Source of the DNA: Eledone cirrhosa | Taxonomy: Eukaryota | Length of the DNA: 64,000 nucleotides | NCBI GenBank assembly: GCA_964016885.1 | Contig: OZ024744.1 | Location: 37,324,001-37,388,000 of the forward strand | Direction: 5' to 3' | Shown here: positions 40,883 to 54,949 of the stretch, in pieces | How the letters are laid out: every line of letters starts with the position of its first letter | Numbering within the stretch: position 1 is the stretch's first letter | Translations under genes and position numbers: made by a program | Notes under the pieces: model-generated | What the model was told of the DNA's origin: nothing | The model's input: only the letters and a program-made list of their open reading frames with translations | Database searches by the model: none

Positions 40883-41886
40883 TTACAAATTAAGGATAAT
40901 ATACCTAAAAAATTCTTTAATATCCTAGAGAAAAACTTCCCGCCAAACCACAAATACCATCAAATCTTAAATAGATCAACGGTTAAATTCTCCTACTCAA
41001 CAATCAAAAACATAAAACAAAATATAAGTGCCTATAATGCATATAAATGTAAAAAAAACCCATGAGTATACCACCAGTACATCAAACTAACCATAATATC
41101 TCCTCAGATACAGGATTCACGAAAAGTTGTAACTGTAGAAACAAGGCAAACTGTCCATTAAAAGGAAATTGCCTTGTTAATAACATAGTATATAAATGTA
41201 AAGTTAACACTAAGGACTCAATTTATTCATATATAGGAGCTACCTCTAACAATTTTAAGGTAAGATTTAATACCCACAAACATAGTTTTTTAAAATGCCG
41301 CACTAGCTAATACAACATCTCTAGCTGAAATAATTAATAGTTATAGAAAGAGGAATATAGAATATGACCTGACCTGGAGTGTGCTCAAAAGGGCCACCCC
41401 TTATCAAAATAGTAGAAATGAATGTAGATTATGTTCCCAAGAACTTTTCGAAATAATGAAATCTAAGGATATCCTATTAAATAAGCGACAGGAATTAATA
41501 ATATCGTGTAATCATAAACTGAGAAAAACCTTTAAATATTATAAACCTAATTAATATACACTTTAGAAATTAATATATAAACTATTTTTAATTCAGTTAA
41601 CCTATAATTAATATTCTACTACTGATGAACTACATAATTTTGCTTTCCTTCTTACAAATATCATTTCCTAAAACTGATACCATTAAGTAAACATATATAA
41701 TGCTTTAACTTCAGGTTATGACTCTATGTTCCTTGAAAACTATATATATTTACTATTTCTCACTAATAAATGTAATCCCCCCCCCAATAATTTATATGTA
41801 TATATAAGTGTGTATGTGTGTGTATGTATATGTATATGTATGTATATATGCATGTATGTGTGTATATGTATATATATATATGTATA

Positions 41887-41917
<31 letters not shown>

Positions 41918-42016
41918 GTGTGTGTATGTGTGTGTATGTATGTGTATATATATGTATATATATATATATGTATAAGTGTATATATATATATATATATATG
42001 TGTGTATGTGTGTATA

Positions 42017-42051
<35 letters not shown>

Positions 42052-42898
42052 GTATATATATATATATATATTATTTTTATATTCTTTTAATTTCCCCTCA
42101 TCTTTAACAGCAATTTTCAACTGCATCTAACTCTTATTTATCATATCTATATGTATTAGTATAATTTTATCAATATAAATATACCCATCAATTAAATTAA
42201 TTTTATATTCTTTTCATAGATGTATTTTTTTCACTAACATTCTTATCTTAAAACTTTGGTCACCTTAGATATTTGTATTGGCTTTACTATTTTATAACAG
42301 CAACTGTTTGTATACCTTTTAATGACCACCTGACCTATTTTCACCCCTAAAATAAGCTTCAATTACTACTATTTTACCATTTGGCCAATTATTAACTTTC
42401 TATTGGTTAATTGTAAACCTCTTACCAAACAGACAGAATATATTAGATCTTTGTTGGTTTTATTCAATGAACAAATAAAATTATTTCTGAGGTCAGCATA
42501 AGACCTATTTCTTCCCTAAAATAATCCTTTATTCATAATATTCTTTTCCATCCAAAACTGAAATCTACCTTCCCCTACCCATAATTTAAGGTTCTTCTAC
42601 TACTATATTACTATCTTGACCCTCAATATCTCCTGATTGGTCAATTCAAAACCTGTTCCCAAACAGACCTATTGTATTGAATCTTTGTTTTTTTCAATAA
42701 ACAAATATCATTATTTCTGAAGACAGCATATATATGTGTAGGTATGTATATTCCCTCTGATAGTTTGTATAAATATTGTACATAGATCTATAGAATATGC
42801 ATACCAACTCTAACACATATATATCCTAGAAACGATCGTAAAATGAAGAATTTTTTTAAATATAAGGAACTGTTTCTTTGTTTATTCACTATTTTATT

Positions 42899-42900
<2 letters not shown>
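40880..42900 (+). mobile_element. PLE 3' fragment (GIY-YIG, 3' UTR and HHR)
   Basis: CNCR..CPLKGNC..IVYKC..YIGAT..FK.R..H.HSF motif. Confidence 0.8.
42713..42844 (+). ncRNA. Type I hammerhead with ~105-nt stem II
   Basis: ATTT/AAAT, CTGAAGA, ATATATATGTGT/ACACATATATAT and GTATGTATATTC/GAATATGCATAC, GAAA, ACGATCGT, GUA. Confidence 0.7.
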
Positions 42901-42950
<50 letters not shown>

Positions 42951-42958
<8 letters not shown>

Positions 42959-43744
42959 GAAACACACAGATACATGCGGACACACACATATATACATGAA
43001 TGCATCCGCACCCAACTGTGAGTTAAGGGTGCCGACTTCACCGATGTTGCTCAATGAATGACTGGGACAGACCAATTCAGTTGAACCAGACTGAACCAGT
43101 ATCAGAGTTAAAAATACATTATGAAGAGAGAAGAAACATTTAGATATAATTAGTAATAAAATGTATCATACCCAAACTGCTCCTAAATTCCTCGACTACG
43201 TAGTTTCGTGGCATAAACAAAAACAATATATCAAAGATATAGAGTCCTTGCGAGGTCTGCCGACTTATCAAGAGGATACCTCATTTTACTAGTCTCAAGA
43301 ACGCGTCTACACGACGTGAGAAAGAATCCCAAAAGGCGGAGGGGGAGATAGTCACGCGATATAACGGTCGCTTTCTCACGTCGTGTAGACGCGTTCTTGA
43401 GACTAGTAAAATGAGGTATCCTCTTGATAAGTCGGCAGACCTCGCAAGGACTCTATATCTTTGATATATTGTTTTTGTTTATGCCACGAAACTACGTAGT
43501 CGAGGAATTTAGGAGCAGTTTGGGTATGATACATTTTATTACTAATTATATCTAAATGTTTCTTCTCTCTTCATAATGTATTTTTAACTCTGATACTGGT
43601 TCAGTCTGGTTCAACTGAATTGGTCTGTCCCAGTCATTCATTGAGCAACATCGGTGAAGTCGGCACCCTTAACTCACAGTTGGGTGCGGATGCATTCATG
43701 TATATATGTGTGTGTCCGCATGTATCTGTGTGTTTCTAAATATA
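42951..43744. repeat. 374-bp-arm palindrome (inverted PLE terminus)
   Basis: Arms 42951-43324 and 43371-43744, 46-bp spacer, no mismatch noticed; unique tail continues to ~43897. Confidence 0.92.
43419..43506 (+). ncRNA. Type I hammerhead, U3-A8 variant (mirror copy at 43189-43276 on the minus strand)
   Basis: TCCTC-TTGATAA-GT(C)GGCA/TGCCAC-GAAA-CTACGTAG-TC-GAGGA. Confidence 0.82.
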
Positions 43745-43904
43745 TTAATAACTCCCTCTGGTCGAGCAATCTTTGAAGTGTGGGGACAACTGGAAAGCTT
43801 CCATTACTCATACTTCTCGCCTTCTTCACTACCTCTTCTAGGGCCTCGATATGAATACCCCCTCCGCCTCCGTGGTATTTTCTTCGTGGTTATAAGAGGC
43901 TTAG

Positions 43905-43995
<91 letters not shown>

Positions 43996-45303
43996 CATAC
44001 ATTTATATATATACATATGTATATATACATATATATATATAAATATGTATGTATATATGTATATATATATATATATATATATAAGTAGAAGAGATATTTA
44101 ATTTGTTGGAAATTTAACAAATATAAATGTTTATAACTGATTCAGAGCACTCGACAGGATTTGAGGAGTAAATATTCAATGATACTAAATAAATGGAAAC
44201 TATATTTATAAAACCATATTTATTCTATTATATATACAAAGAGTATTTTATAAATTTTGACATAGCCAAGGAAACAAACCTTATCAGTTGAAATTTCCTT
44301 GGGTAGTGAGATTAAAGAACGGATTTTTCAAACTTATGGATGAGTATGCAAATGAATATGTAAATAAGCTTGAGTTATATGATTGAAAAACCGTTATTTT
44401 AAACGCAGTTTAGATATATTAGTAAGAGAGAAAGAAAGAAAAAAGATAAAAGAAAAAAAAGGAAAAGGAAAAAGAATAAGGAGAAGGAAAAGGAAAAAGA
44501 AGACCGCTTATATACGTTAATTTGGGGGTAATAAATTTGAATATTTACCTATATTATGTGTAAATGTTAATGGAGAATTATGTTTGTAAGTATTTATCTT
44601 ATCATAATATTCTAGTGGGTTAAATATATAAATATCTATATATATTTTAATAACAGCAAATGTATTTTTATTAAAAATATAATTTGCAATTATTAGTTGT
44701 TTATAATATGCGTTACGAGGGAGTTGATTTTGTGTTTTATATAGATAAATAAATAAATAAATAAATAAATAAATAGGTAGTTTTAGGTGGTTGTTTTTAA
44801 TATGAGTTACCAGGGATGTTGAATTTGTTGAATTTTATGTAAATAAATAGGTAGTTAAAATTATGAATTTATATATTTGGATAGCTTGTTCGGCTTTGAG
44901 AATGTTTTAAATAAACGGCGTTAGGTTTAATAAGTGTATATGATTGAGAAAAGAAAGATAACTCCAATTTTATTTGTTAATCGATACGTTTTTAAAGAGT
45001 TAGTGTGAGATTAATTAATTATTTAGTCGAAAGAAATATGAATGTTTAAACATCGTCTTGAATAGGATACATTTTCCTAAAGTCAGTTAATAGTTATTAA
45101 TCTACGTTTAAAAAAATAGCTTTAGAAGGTGTCATTGGAAAAATAGAATGTAAGAATTAAAGAATTAAAAAATGAAATTAAAATTATAAAGATATACATC
45201 AATATATATAATATCGATACACATATATATAAATAAAATTATAGGAACGAGTAGGACCAGAAATACTATTAGCTTCTTGCTCACAATAATTTCTATACTT
45301 TTC

Positions 45304-45376
<73 letters not shown>

Positions 45377-45649
45377 AACGAGTAGGAGCCCGACGGCTGA
45401 GCTCAAGCCGTTTCGACGGCTAATTCTGGACTCCAGAATTAGCTGTCGAAACGGCTTGATCTCAGCCGTCGAGGTCCTACTCGTTCCTATTACCCACTCT
45501 ACTACCCTAAGTATTGAGTACTTTGGTGCGTTATGGTCCACCTGGTTCCTTACCACATTTCCTTCGTTAAATAAAATTATATATAGAGAGATTTTAAGAA
45601 ATGTTTGCTGATATTATGATTTAGAAATATTAATATATTAAAAATTTAA

Positions 45650-46855
45650 ATTGTTAAAAAAGATAGGATCATTTTGAAGATTTATAGGAATATTATAAAT
45701 TGCACATAGTTCTGAATGTAGAATTTTCGCGATGTCTTCAAGAATTAAATAATTCTGACCTGAGATTAATAGAGTTTTGATAGTTAATTATATAAAACAT
45801 TTCTTAAAAAATACACAATTTACAGAATTTTGATAAAGCCATATTTCGGTACGCAGGTGCTTTCGAACTCGTTTTCCAAGATATTGAATAGTCTATATGC
45901 TTGCTTTTTAAGTTCCATATAAGATGTGAAACAGAAGTAGAATATTTTTTATCAGATCCTCTGAAAGAATGATTAGGTTTTTTCCAGCGATCTTTAAATT
46001 TTGTAGAAGTGGCACCGGCATAGTTAAATATATTATCACTAGTTTTAACTGTGCATTTATAGACTACGTTTTTATCTAAACACTTATTTTGTAAAAGGCA
46101 GTTTGATTTGATTCTACAGTTACATTTTACGGAGTTGTTGTTGCTAGGAACGGTACTATTAGGTTGGACATTGCTAGAAATATTATTATTGCTATTGTGG
46201 TTATTTTGGTTATGGTTTAAATTTAAGTTTCTATTATTAATTCTATTTATATGTTGTGATATGTTCATAGTAGTAGAGTAGGATAGTTTTATAGTATGTC
46301 TGTTAAAGATTGAGAGGTATCTGTGGGCTTTAGGAAAACATTTGTCTAGTGCTTTAAAGATTAGTTTTGCTAAATGAGAATGGGGGTGAGTACCAAATAA
46401 TATTTCTAGTTCTAGTTCTATTGTTTGGTTTAGAGTTTAAGTTAAATTTTTTATTATTATTATAATTAATACTAGGGTGATTTGCCATGTTATGATTTGC
46501 AATGTATTTAATTTTATTAGAATACCCTGCTCTATTTAAAGCTTCATTATAATATTCAGCCTTATCATCAAAATATTTTTATTAGCAGAGATGCGTGAAA
46601 TCCGTTGTTGGACACAATTTACAATAGTGTTCTTGATAGATCTAGGATGATTAGAGTTAAAACTTACATAGTTTAGATTCTCGTTAATTTTATAGGAATG
46701 ATAGTAGAGCCCTGTGCTAAGGTTTAATGTTACGTCTAAGAAGTTAACGATTTTATAGTTATTCTCTATTTCTAACTTAAGGTTATAATTATTGAAGAAT
46801 TGTATTATGGATTTTCTTTTCCTATTAATTTCACAATTACTATGGTTATATAAAT
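45650..46855 (-). mobile_element. Decayed PLE RT-thumb/GIY-YIG fragment (3' UTR probably extends to ~44100)
   Basis: [36 protein letters not shown] motifs. Confidence 0.8.
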
Positions 46856-46862
46856 ATATATG

Positions 46863-46971
<109 letters not shown>

Positions 46972-46972
46972 C

Positions 46973-47039
<67 letters not shown>

Positions 47040-47756
47040 CGAAGGTGGTGTGGTAAGGAAACAGATGGACCATAACGCGCCAGAGTACTGCCGTCGGGGT
47101 CAACCTTTTTCCTGTTGTTGTTGTTGTTCGAGTTGTTATTGTTGTTGTTGGTGCTGGTGGTGTTGTTGTTGTTGTTGGTGGTGGTGGTATTGGTGTTGTT
47201 GGTGTTGTTGGTCGTATTGGTATTGATGTTGTTGGTGGTGGTAGTTTATGTGAGACATTGTTGATGTTATGACGATGATGATGACGATGAGAGTGATGCA
47301 ACTGGTGATGATGATGAGAATGATGAAATGATGATGATACTAATGATGATGACGATGATGAAGATGAGAGAGATGCTGATGATGATGTTGATTAGGTTGA
47401 TAAGGATGATGATTATGATGACGATTATGATGATGATGATGATGATGGTGCTGACGATGGTGCTGATGATTATGATGATGATGATGATCATGATGATGGT
47501 GCTGATGATGAAGATAATGAAATTACAAATGGTAAAAACGTATCTTTGATTATGCGTTATTTATAAACGAATATAGTTATTTTTCCCTACTTAATCATTA
47601 AAATTGAAATCAATAACAATCTTAAAAGAAACCGTATTTCGACCTTTTAATAAAGGTGATGATAATAAAAGCAACAGCAGCAACAAGGAAAGGAACATTG
47701 ATGGAATCAATAACATAATCGCGAATATGTTAACTCACACACACATGTATATATAT

Positions 47757-47806
<50 letters not shown>

Positions 47807-47907
47807 TATATATAGCGAAGGAAAAGTGGTAAGGAACCAGGTGGACCATAACGCACCAAAGTACTCAATACTTAGGGTAGTAGAGTGGGTAATAGGAGTA
47901 AGTAAGA

Positions 47908-48000
47908 CCCCGACGACTGAGCTCAAGCCGTTTCGACGGCTAATTCTGTACTGAATGAAAAATCAGTTCTGGTATTTAAATAGCCGAACTTGTCAAGGGG
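47908..48000 (-). ncRNA. Type I hammerhead, U3-A8 variant, in PLE terminus 47815-48200
   Basis: CCCC-TTGACAA-G..CGGCTA/TAGCCG..C-GAAA-CGGCT/AGTCG-TC-GGGG. Confidence 0.8.
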
Positions 48001-48252
48001 CAATTCCATATATGGTCAAAGAGATAATCACCAGGATTGGTCATCCCACAAGGTAGTAGTAATTCTGCGATGGCAAGTTGGTGGGGGAGGTAGCCAAACC
48101 TGCCAGTAGGAGAAAAGGGGACAGGGGGTGGAGTAGACCCATTCATTCGTTGGTGGTGCCAGCTACAGCTGGGTGTGAGGTCAAAGAGGACACCGGGGTA
48201 TGTATATATATATATATATATTATATATATATATATATATACATACATATAC

Positions 48253-48295
<43 letters not shown>

Positions 48296-48340
48296 GGCAT
48301 TTGTATTGGTGCTCCGAAATATATATTATATATATGTGTG

Positions 48341-48406
<66 letters not shown>

Positions 48407-49540
48407 ATAGCTAGACATGTACATAGATAGATTGAGAGAGATAGAGGCACACATAGACAGACATCTAGACATCTAGACATCTAGACAAACAGATAGAGAT
48501 ATACATAATTAACGTTATGATAGATAGACTAGAAAACCGGTTGTTAGTATTTATCAAGCAACCATTGCCCATCCTTACTTTTAAAGCCATTTACAGAACA
48601 GAACAGACATTAGCAAATTGATTCAGAATAACGGAATTCTCAATCCTTATCTATTGCCCTTTTTTTTTTTTTTTTCAGCGCATGCAATGAAAAAATGACA
48701 CGCACACACACACATACACACGCGCGCGCGCGCACGCACACAGAAGAAAAGCATTAAATTCTGTTCCTATTTTTGACCTTTCAATGTTCTTCTTAGAGTT
48801 AAAATTTGAAAGAACACTGTTTGGATCTTTATGGTCCTTATCTTATCACTACATCTATTTAGACTAAAATGTTATATTGTGTCAGATAGCTTAATATAGT
48901 GTAATATGATTTCCCTTCTGGTTTATTGTTAAATTTGGAAGTATACTCCTTAGGGTTTGTATTATATTATATTATATTATATTATATTATATTATATTAT
49001 ATTATATTATATTATATATTTTTTTATTCTATTACAATTTACTAGCAGAAAAACCACCCGGAGGGTGGTTTTTTTCTACTTGCATGCCTAGTTTGCATAT
49101 TGCTTTTATACACAAATATATATACATGTAGATATGATACGTCAAATGAGATCGTAATTGAGAATATACACAGAAATTGATCGAAGTCTGTGTTACACTC
49201 TCTTCTTTAATCAGTAAAGTAATCCATGATACATTAAAAAAGACGATATAATATATAAAATGTATATATAACAAACTAAAATATTATGAAAAGGAAAAAG
49301 AAAATTAGCGACCTAAAAATAAACCTTATATATTGATGTAAATATATGAACATTTACATAAACGATGTAATAAGTGTTATAATATAACGGACGCTAAACG
49401 GAAGTGTTGACATTTGAATATTTTAAAGAAGGGAATCTTAAAATAACCAATCATTATATCTATTAAGGGGTCGATAAAATAAAGTACCAGTAATGTACTG
49501 GTGAATTGCTGGCCTTGTGCCTAAAGTAGAAACAATTATA

Positions 49541-51470
49541 TCTATATATATAAACTGAGGATGTGTGTATTAAGGTTTGTAACGGATTCACGTCCACCAT
49601 TTCCAACGGATTCTATTCAAAGTCGGGACAATTATTGCTATTGGTCAGGAAAAGGTCATGAAGCAAAATAAATTTCAAACTCATCAACAATAAGGGCAAA
49701 AATCGATCATGATAATTCCCCCTCTCTATAATTTAACTGCTATACTCACTCTGTCGCTCTTCAATCCCTATATGACAACATTGCAGTGGAGCTTTCCGTA
49801 TTGAGCTTTCCGTATTGACATACGGCTTATCTGGGGCATTTTCAATCGGCTTATTGCAAATAACAACCCGCAAAATAACACTTCATATAACAGAAAATGC
49901 TATAGACATATGAATCGGAATGTAACCCATGAACTTTTTCCTGGGCAAAATTATTCGAACAGACATGACCTCATTGCCAGAGTGTTCAGACTGAAACTGG
50001 CTAAACTCATGGCTTTAATAAAAAAACGGTCAGTTATTTGGGGCTGTAAAATATGACATGTTCACCGTCGAATGGCAAAAACGAGAGCTGCCACATGCTC
50101 ACATTTTGAATTGGTTAGCTGATAAAATCAATTCAAATGCCATAGACAGCTTCATTTCGGCTGAAATCCCTAACCCAGCAACTGACCAGGAATTACATGA
50201 CATCGTCAAAGCTAACATGGTCCGTGTGTGTCGGGTCCTAATGAACATCACACGTGTCTGAAATGGGGGGGGGGCGTCGTGCAGTAAGGGATGCCCCCAA
50301 AAATTTTTTGACCAGACTCAGACGAGTGGCGACGGGTACCCCCTGTACAGGAGGAGACAGCCCGAGAACAGTGGCTTCCCCACAACAGTAAAGGGAGGTC
50401 AAGTCGACAACAGATGGGTGGTCCCTTACTTCCCGCCTCTCTTGAAGATGTTCAACGCCCACATCAACGTTGAGTTTTTCAACTCCGTTAAGTCGATATA
50501 ATACATATGCAAATATGTAAATAAGGGCTCTGATGCCGCAATGTTCGCATTTCAAAGTGAAAATGGCAGGGACAAGGTCACAGAATACATGGGGAGGGGG
50601 GGGGGGGGTACATCTGTAGCAATGAAGCTTTTTGGCGCCTATTTGGTTTCCCCTTACACCAACGGCACCCCGCCATCGTACAGCTTGCGGTACATTTTGA
50701 GCCACCAGGTCTCCCACTTAACATTCTTAAGCTTAGGGTTGACTGTCCCATTATGCTAATAAGGAACTTGCGTCCACCAAAGCAGTGCAACGGTACTCGC
50801 ATGGTCGCCAAGTCACTGACACCCCACTTGATTGAGGCCACCATTGTAACGGGATGCGGGAGAGGGGAGAATGTTTTCATTCCAAGGATGAACCTTTTCC
50901 TCTCGGCGTTAGATATCCCGTTCGATTTCCAGCGATCCCAATTCCCGATGTGACCATGTTTTTCCATGTCCATTAACAAGTCACAAGGGCAAACATTGTC
51001 GGGGGCGGGCATCCATTTGTAGGGGGGGGGGGGGCATGCTTCTCCCATGGTCAACTTTATGTTGCCTGTTCCCGCGTAGGGAGCAGGAATGAACTTTTTA
51101 CACTCCTCAAGGCATGACATGCAATATCGTCTACAAAGAGTGCTATAGATGTTGATGCAGGTGTTGGAGGTGTTGGAGCTATGCTGTCTGGAAAACTATT
51201 TCCTGGTAGGGTCACTCATGGCGGACAGATCTAACACCCAGCGGCATCAGGGCCACCATCTTGCAAATTTGGTCTGCTAAATTCGCTATTGGAAGATTAT
51301 TAACCCAACATTGATTGTCCAAAATGCTAATTGGTTTGTAACTTTTATAACCGGTTCAACGGCTTTATGCACTTAATTGATAAGATTATTCGCTTTCAAG
51401 CCACGTTTACCTGCATGTAACTTTTTATAGCAAAAGAAGAAACTCGAGCAACGCCGGGCTAAACTGCTAG
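49541..51470 (+). mobile_element. Internally deleted, decayed Helitron
   Basis: 5' TC, 3' hairpin CTCGAGCAACGCCGGG + CTAG, inserted at A|T; Rep HUH motif VEWQKRELPHAHIL; Pif1 motifs MLIRNL..CNGTR, INKSQGQT, HGQLYVA.SRV. Confidence 0.9.
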
Positions 51471-51616
51471 TATAAGAATATTTCTGTTTAATCAACAGCT
51501 ACGAAATTTAGTAAATAAATTACATAATATTCTTTCGTGATTTATTCAATGTAATTCAAGATATTTTACTAGCGGGATGGTGGTGGTGATTATGATGATG
51601 ATGATGATGATGATAG

Positions 51617-51665
<49 letters not shown>

Positions 51666-51719
51666 AGTGATGATGATGATGGTGCGTGCATTTATATTTG
51701 TACCACATGTTAAGCTGCT

Positions 51720-52040
51720 CAACAATTCACATGAATTAGCCAAGCTGCAAGCAAAAGTGTTACCATCACGTCTGTACTATGCACAGTCCATTTACACAGA
51801 TATCTTCCGTCGAACGAATACCAGCAGTATTGAAACCTCACTATAAATACATCATCTGAGATACCTCTAACACGTAGTTCATATATAAGATTCTCGTAGA
51901 AACTTATATGGCAAGCTATACACCATCTCCCATACATGATATATCGACCAAATAAGCATTTCAAAGGCCACTACTTTGAAGCGGAGCAATACCATTCCTT
52001 ACAGCAGTAGAACCCACCATTACCGTTGTTGGTCTCACAG
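51720..52040 (-). mobile_element. Decayed RTE-like LINE fragment
   Basis: AFEMLIW...W resembles the RTE post-RT motif. Confidence 0.35.
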
Positions 52041-52063
52041 TTAGAGAGTCACTATAGAAACAA

Positions 52064-52436
52064 AGATGAATAGTCCTAGATAGTAACAGGTGAGGTGAGA
52101 GGTACTGATGAAATATTCTAGATAGTAACAGGTGAGGTGAGATGTACAGATGAAGAGTCCTAGATAGTAACAGGTGAGGTGAGAGGTACAGATGAAATGT
52201 TCTAGATAGTAACAGGTGAGGTGAGATGTACAGATGTAATGTTCTAGATAGTAACGGGTGAGGTGAGAGGTACAGATGAAATGTTCTAGATAGTAACAGG
52301 TGAGGTGAGAGGTACAGATGTAATGTTCTAGATAGTAACAGGTGAGGTGAGAGGTACAGATGAAATGTTCTAGATAGTAACAGGTGAGGTGAGAGGTACA
52401 GATGTAATGTTCTAGATAGTAACAGGTGAGGTGAGA
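52064..52436. repeat. 42-bp minisatellite, about 9 copies
   Basis: Unit CTAGATAGTAACAGGTGAGGTGAGAGGTACAGATGAAATGTT. Confidence 0.93.
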
Positions 52437-53109
52437 AAAGAGGTACAGGTGCTGAGTTAAGGCTGGTGTCTCCAACTAATTATCTACTATGTCCTGTTTG
52501 TAACGGAAACTGTCTATCAGGGATATGATGGTACCATAATTGAGAAAGGATGAATTATTAAAGGGGAAGGTGCTCATTATGTAATTTACGTGTATTCAAT
52601 CACAGATATTTATGTTGTAGAATGTTGACTGTCAGGTGTTGCTATTAATGTTGTTTCTGATTTTACACCATCACAACGTTAACTTCAGACGTGATAAGGG
52701 GGTTCTCTTTCCCCCAGACATGTTGTTGTTGTTGGATCGACTTTAGTTACAGTTGTTTTAAAAATAGAACAATATGCTCGTGAAACGTGAAATTACCGAG
52801 CAAATGTATTTTATCTGTATTCTACAAAATCGTACAAGCTTTATGGAATTCTCAGGGAGATTCAGCGCGACATTGCGTGTGACATGATTCACCCCTTGAA
52901 TTACAGACGCAACTCATATTTTGCAAGTTGAGTGGATTTGAACAACGTTAAATAAAGTGTTGCTCAAGGGCACAGTGCACAACCTAGAATCAAAGAATAT
53001 TCTAACTACTAAACCATGAACTTTCTTTCTAGAAATAATGGACCGAGGACCACAATACTCAGTGTGTACTATTTCTAGCGAAGTAACGCACTAGTAGAAA
53101 CTACTCATA

Positions 53110-53145
<36 letters not shown>

Positions 53146-53214
53146 CGGTGGTGGTGATGGCGGTGGTAGTAGTAGTCGTAGTAGTAGTAGACGTATTATT
53201 ATTATTATTATTAT

Positions 53215-53253
<39 letters not shown>

Positions 53254-53303
53254 CAGTAGTAGTAGTAGTAGTAGCAGTAGTAGTAGTAGTAGTAGTAGTT
53301 ATG

Positions 53304-53348
<45 letters not shown>

Positions 53349-53359
53349 GTAATAATTAT

Positions 53360-53585
53360 TATATCTTTATTTGCCACAATGGCCTACATATAGGGGAGAA
53401 TACAATAGACAAGGACAGTGGGGTGGGGTGGGTGTTACAATAAATAACGGGTAAAAAATATCAATAACAATAACAAAATATCAATAAAAATACAATCAAT
53501 AGAGTCCCCAATACGGGGGGGGGGGTAATCACCCAGAAGCATCTTAGGTGCCCCACCCATCCCGAACAACCCGACGCTTCGAGGC
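53360..53585 (-). mobile_element. Tx1/L1-type LINE 3' UTR fragment
   Basis: Similar to 24925-25165; AATAAA next to TAA/TAG repeats. Confidence 0.6.
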
Positions 53586-53876
53586 ACAAGGGCAACAGTT
53601 TGAGGGGAGGAGGTAGTCGGTTAAATCGACTCCAATGTGTTACTATTTACCCTATGTAAAGAACAGATAGTGTAGCAAAGCTGTTGATGAGCTCATCCCA
53701 CTAGAAATAACAGCCAAACTCTCAAATTACTCCCTAATATATTATCTAAAGAAGGCGATATTTTGGGATAAGTTAGGTAATCGTAGATACATCATGAGTT
53801 GGTATTGGATCGTAGATCTGTTTGATAATGTCTGACCTAGGGCTATATAACAATAATGTACTGACGCAAAAGAAGC

Positions 53877-53912
<36 letters not shown>

Positions 53913-53966
53913 TTATATATGTGTCTGTGTGTGTATGTGTGTGTACATATATATGTATGTATACAG

Positions 53967-54116
<150 letters not shown>

Positions 54117-54949
54117 ATATATAATATTTATCACAGAATATGGCAGCCATGTTTTGAACTTAATGGGATATTTTTCTCCTTTTTTATTTTTGTATATAGT
54201 TCCCTCGATTTTCTGCTTTGTATACGCTTTCTTTCAGCTTTGTTCCCAACAACTATAATTACGGGATCAGTTCTCGTGACCATAAAATAATATTCCATAT
54301 ATTCGATATTTCTATTTCCAGCATTTTATATTTGGATTGTTTTTCAACTTCTTTCAATTCACCGTGTTATTATTGGCCTGCGGTGAAAACTTTATTAATA
54401 TGTATACAAGATTTAGATATCCTGCCTTTTATAATGATATCAAGGAGGTTCGGCCAAATGTTTTTTCCTGTATGTATGATATTTGCATTTTCCAGGAGAT
54501 TTCCATGATTCTTTTTCCCCCTTTTCACGTTTTTTCTGCCGATACCTTCTTGTTGTTGTTGTTCATTCATTTACATCTTTCTCAGTAAAGGAGTTATTGC
54601 CTGTTGTATATATCCTTGTTTATTCTGGAGTTATTGGTTGTTGTATTGCCATATAGCCTTGTTTATGATGGTGGGCAAATGTGAGACAAGATGTGGACGC
54701 TTTGTTATTTTATTTATTTATTTGTTTGTTACAGGGTAGTCCTAATCAAACAAACCTACGATCAAAGAATTTCTAGTCATAATCACCGCTTTCGTTTTTT
54801 TTTTTTTTTTTTTTTTCTTTGACGGTCGTAAAATATCTTGGGATAGTAAGAACCAATGTATTCGTCCCTCAGAATATGATATGAGAGATAGTTAGCAGCT
54901 ATTTCCGGCAGGTTCAGCGACCAGCTACGTGACTCTTTTCGTTCTGAGT

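Noticed and set aside
49041-49077. Hairpin AAAAACCACCC/GGGTGGTTTTT resembling a bacterial terminator
   Set aside because: Eukaryotic context; with the adjacent CTAG it is more likely a minus-strand Helitron 3' end, but no 5' end was identified.
52064-52436. CRISPR-like periodicity
   Set aside because: The variable parts are near-identical, not unique spacers; eukaryotic context and no cas genes.
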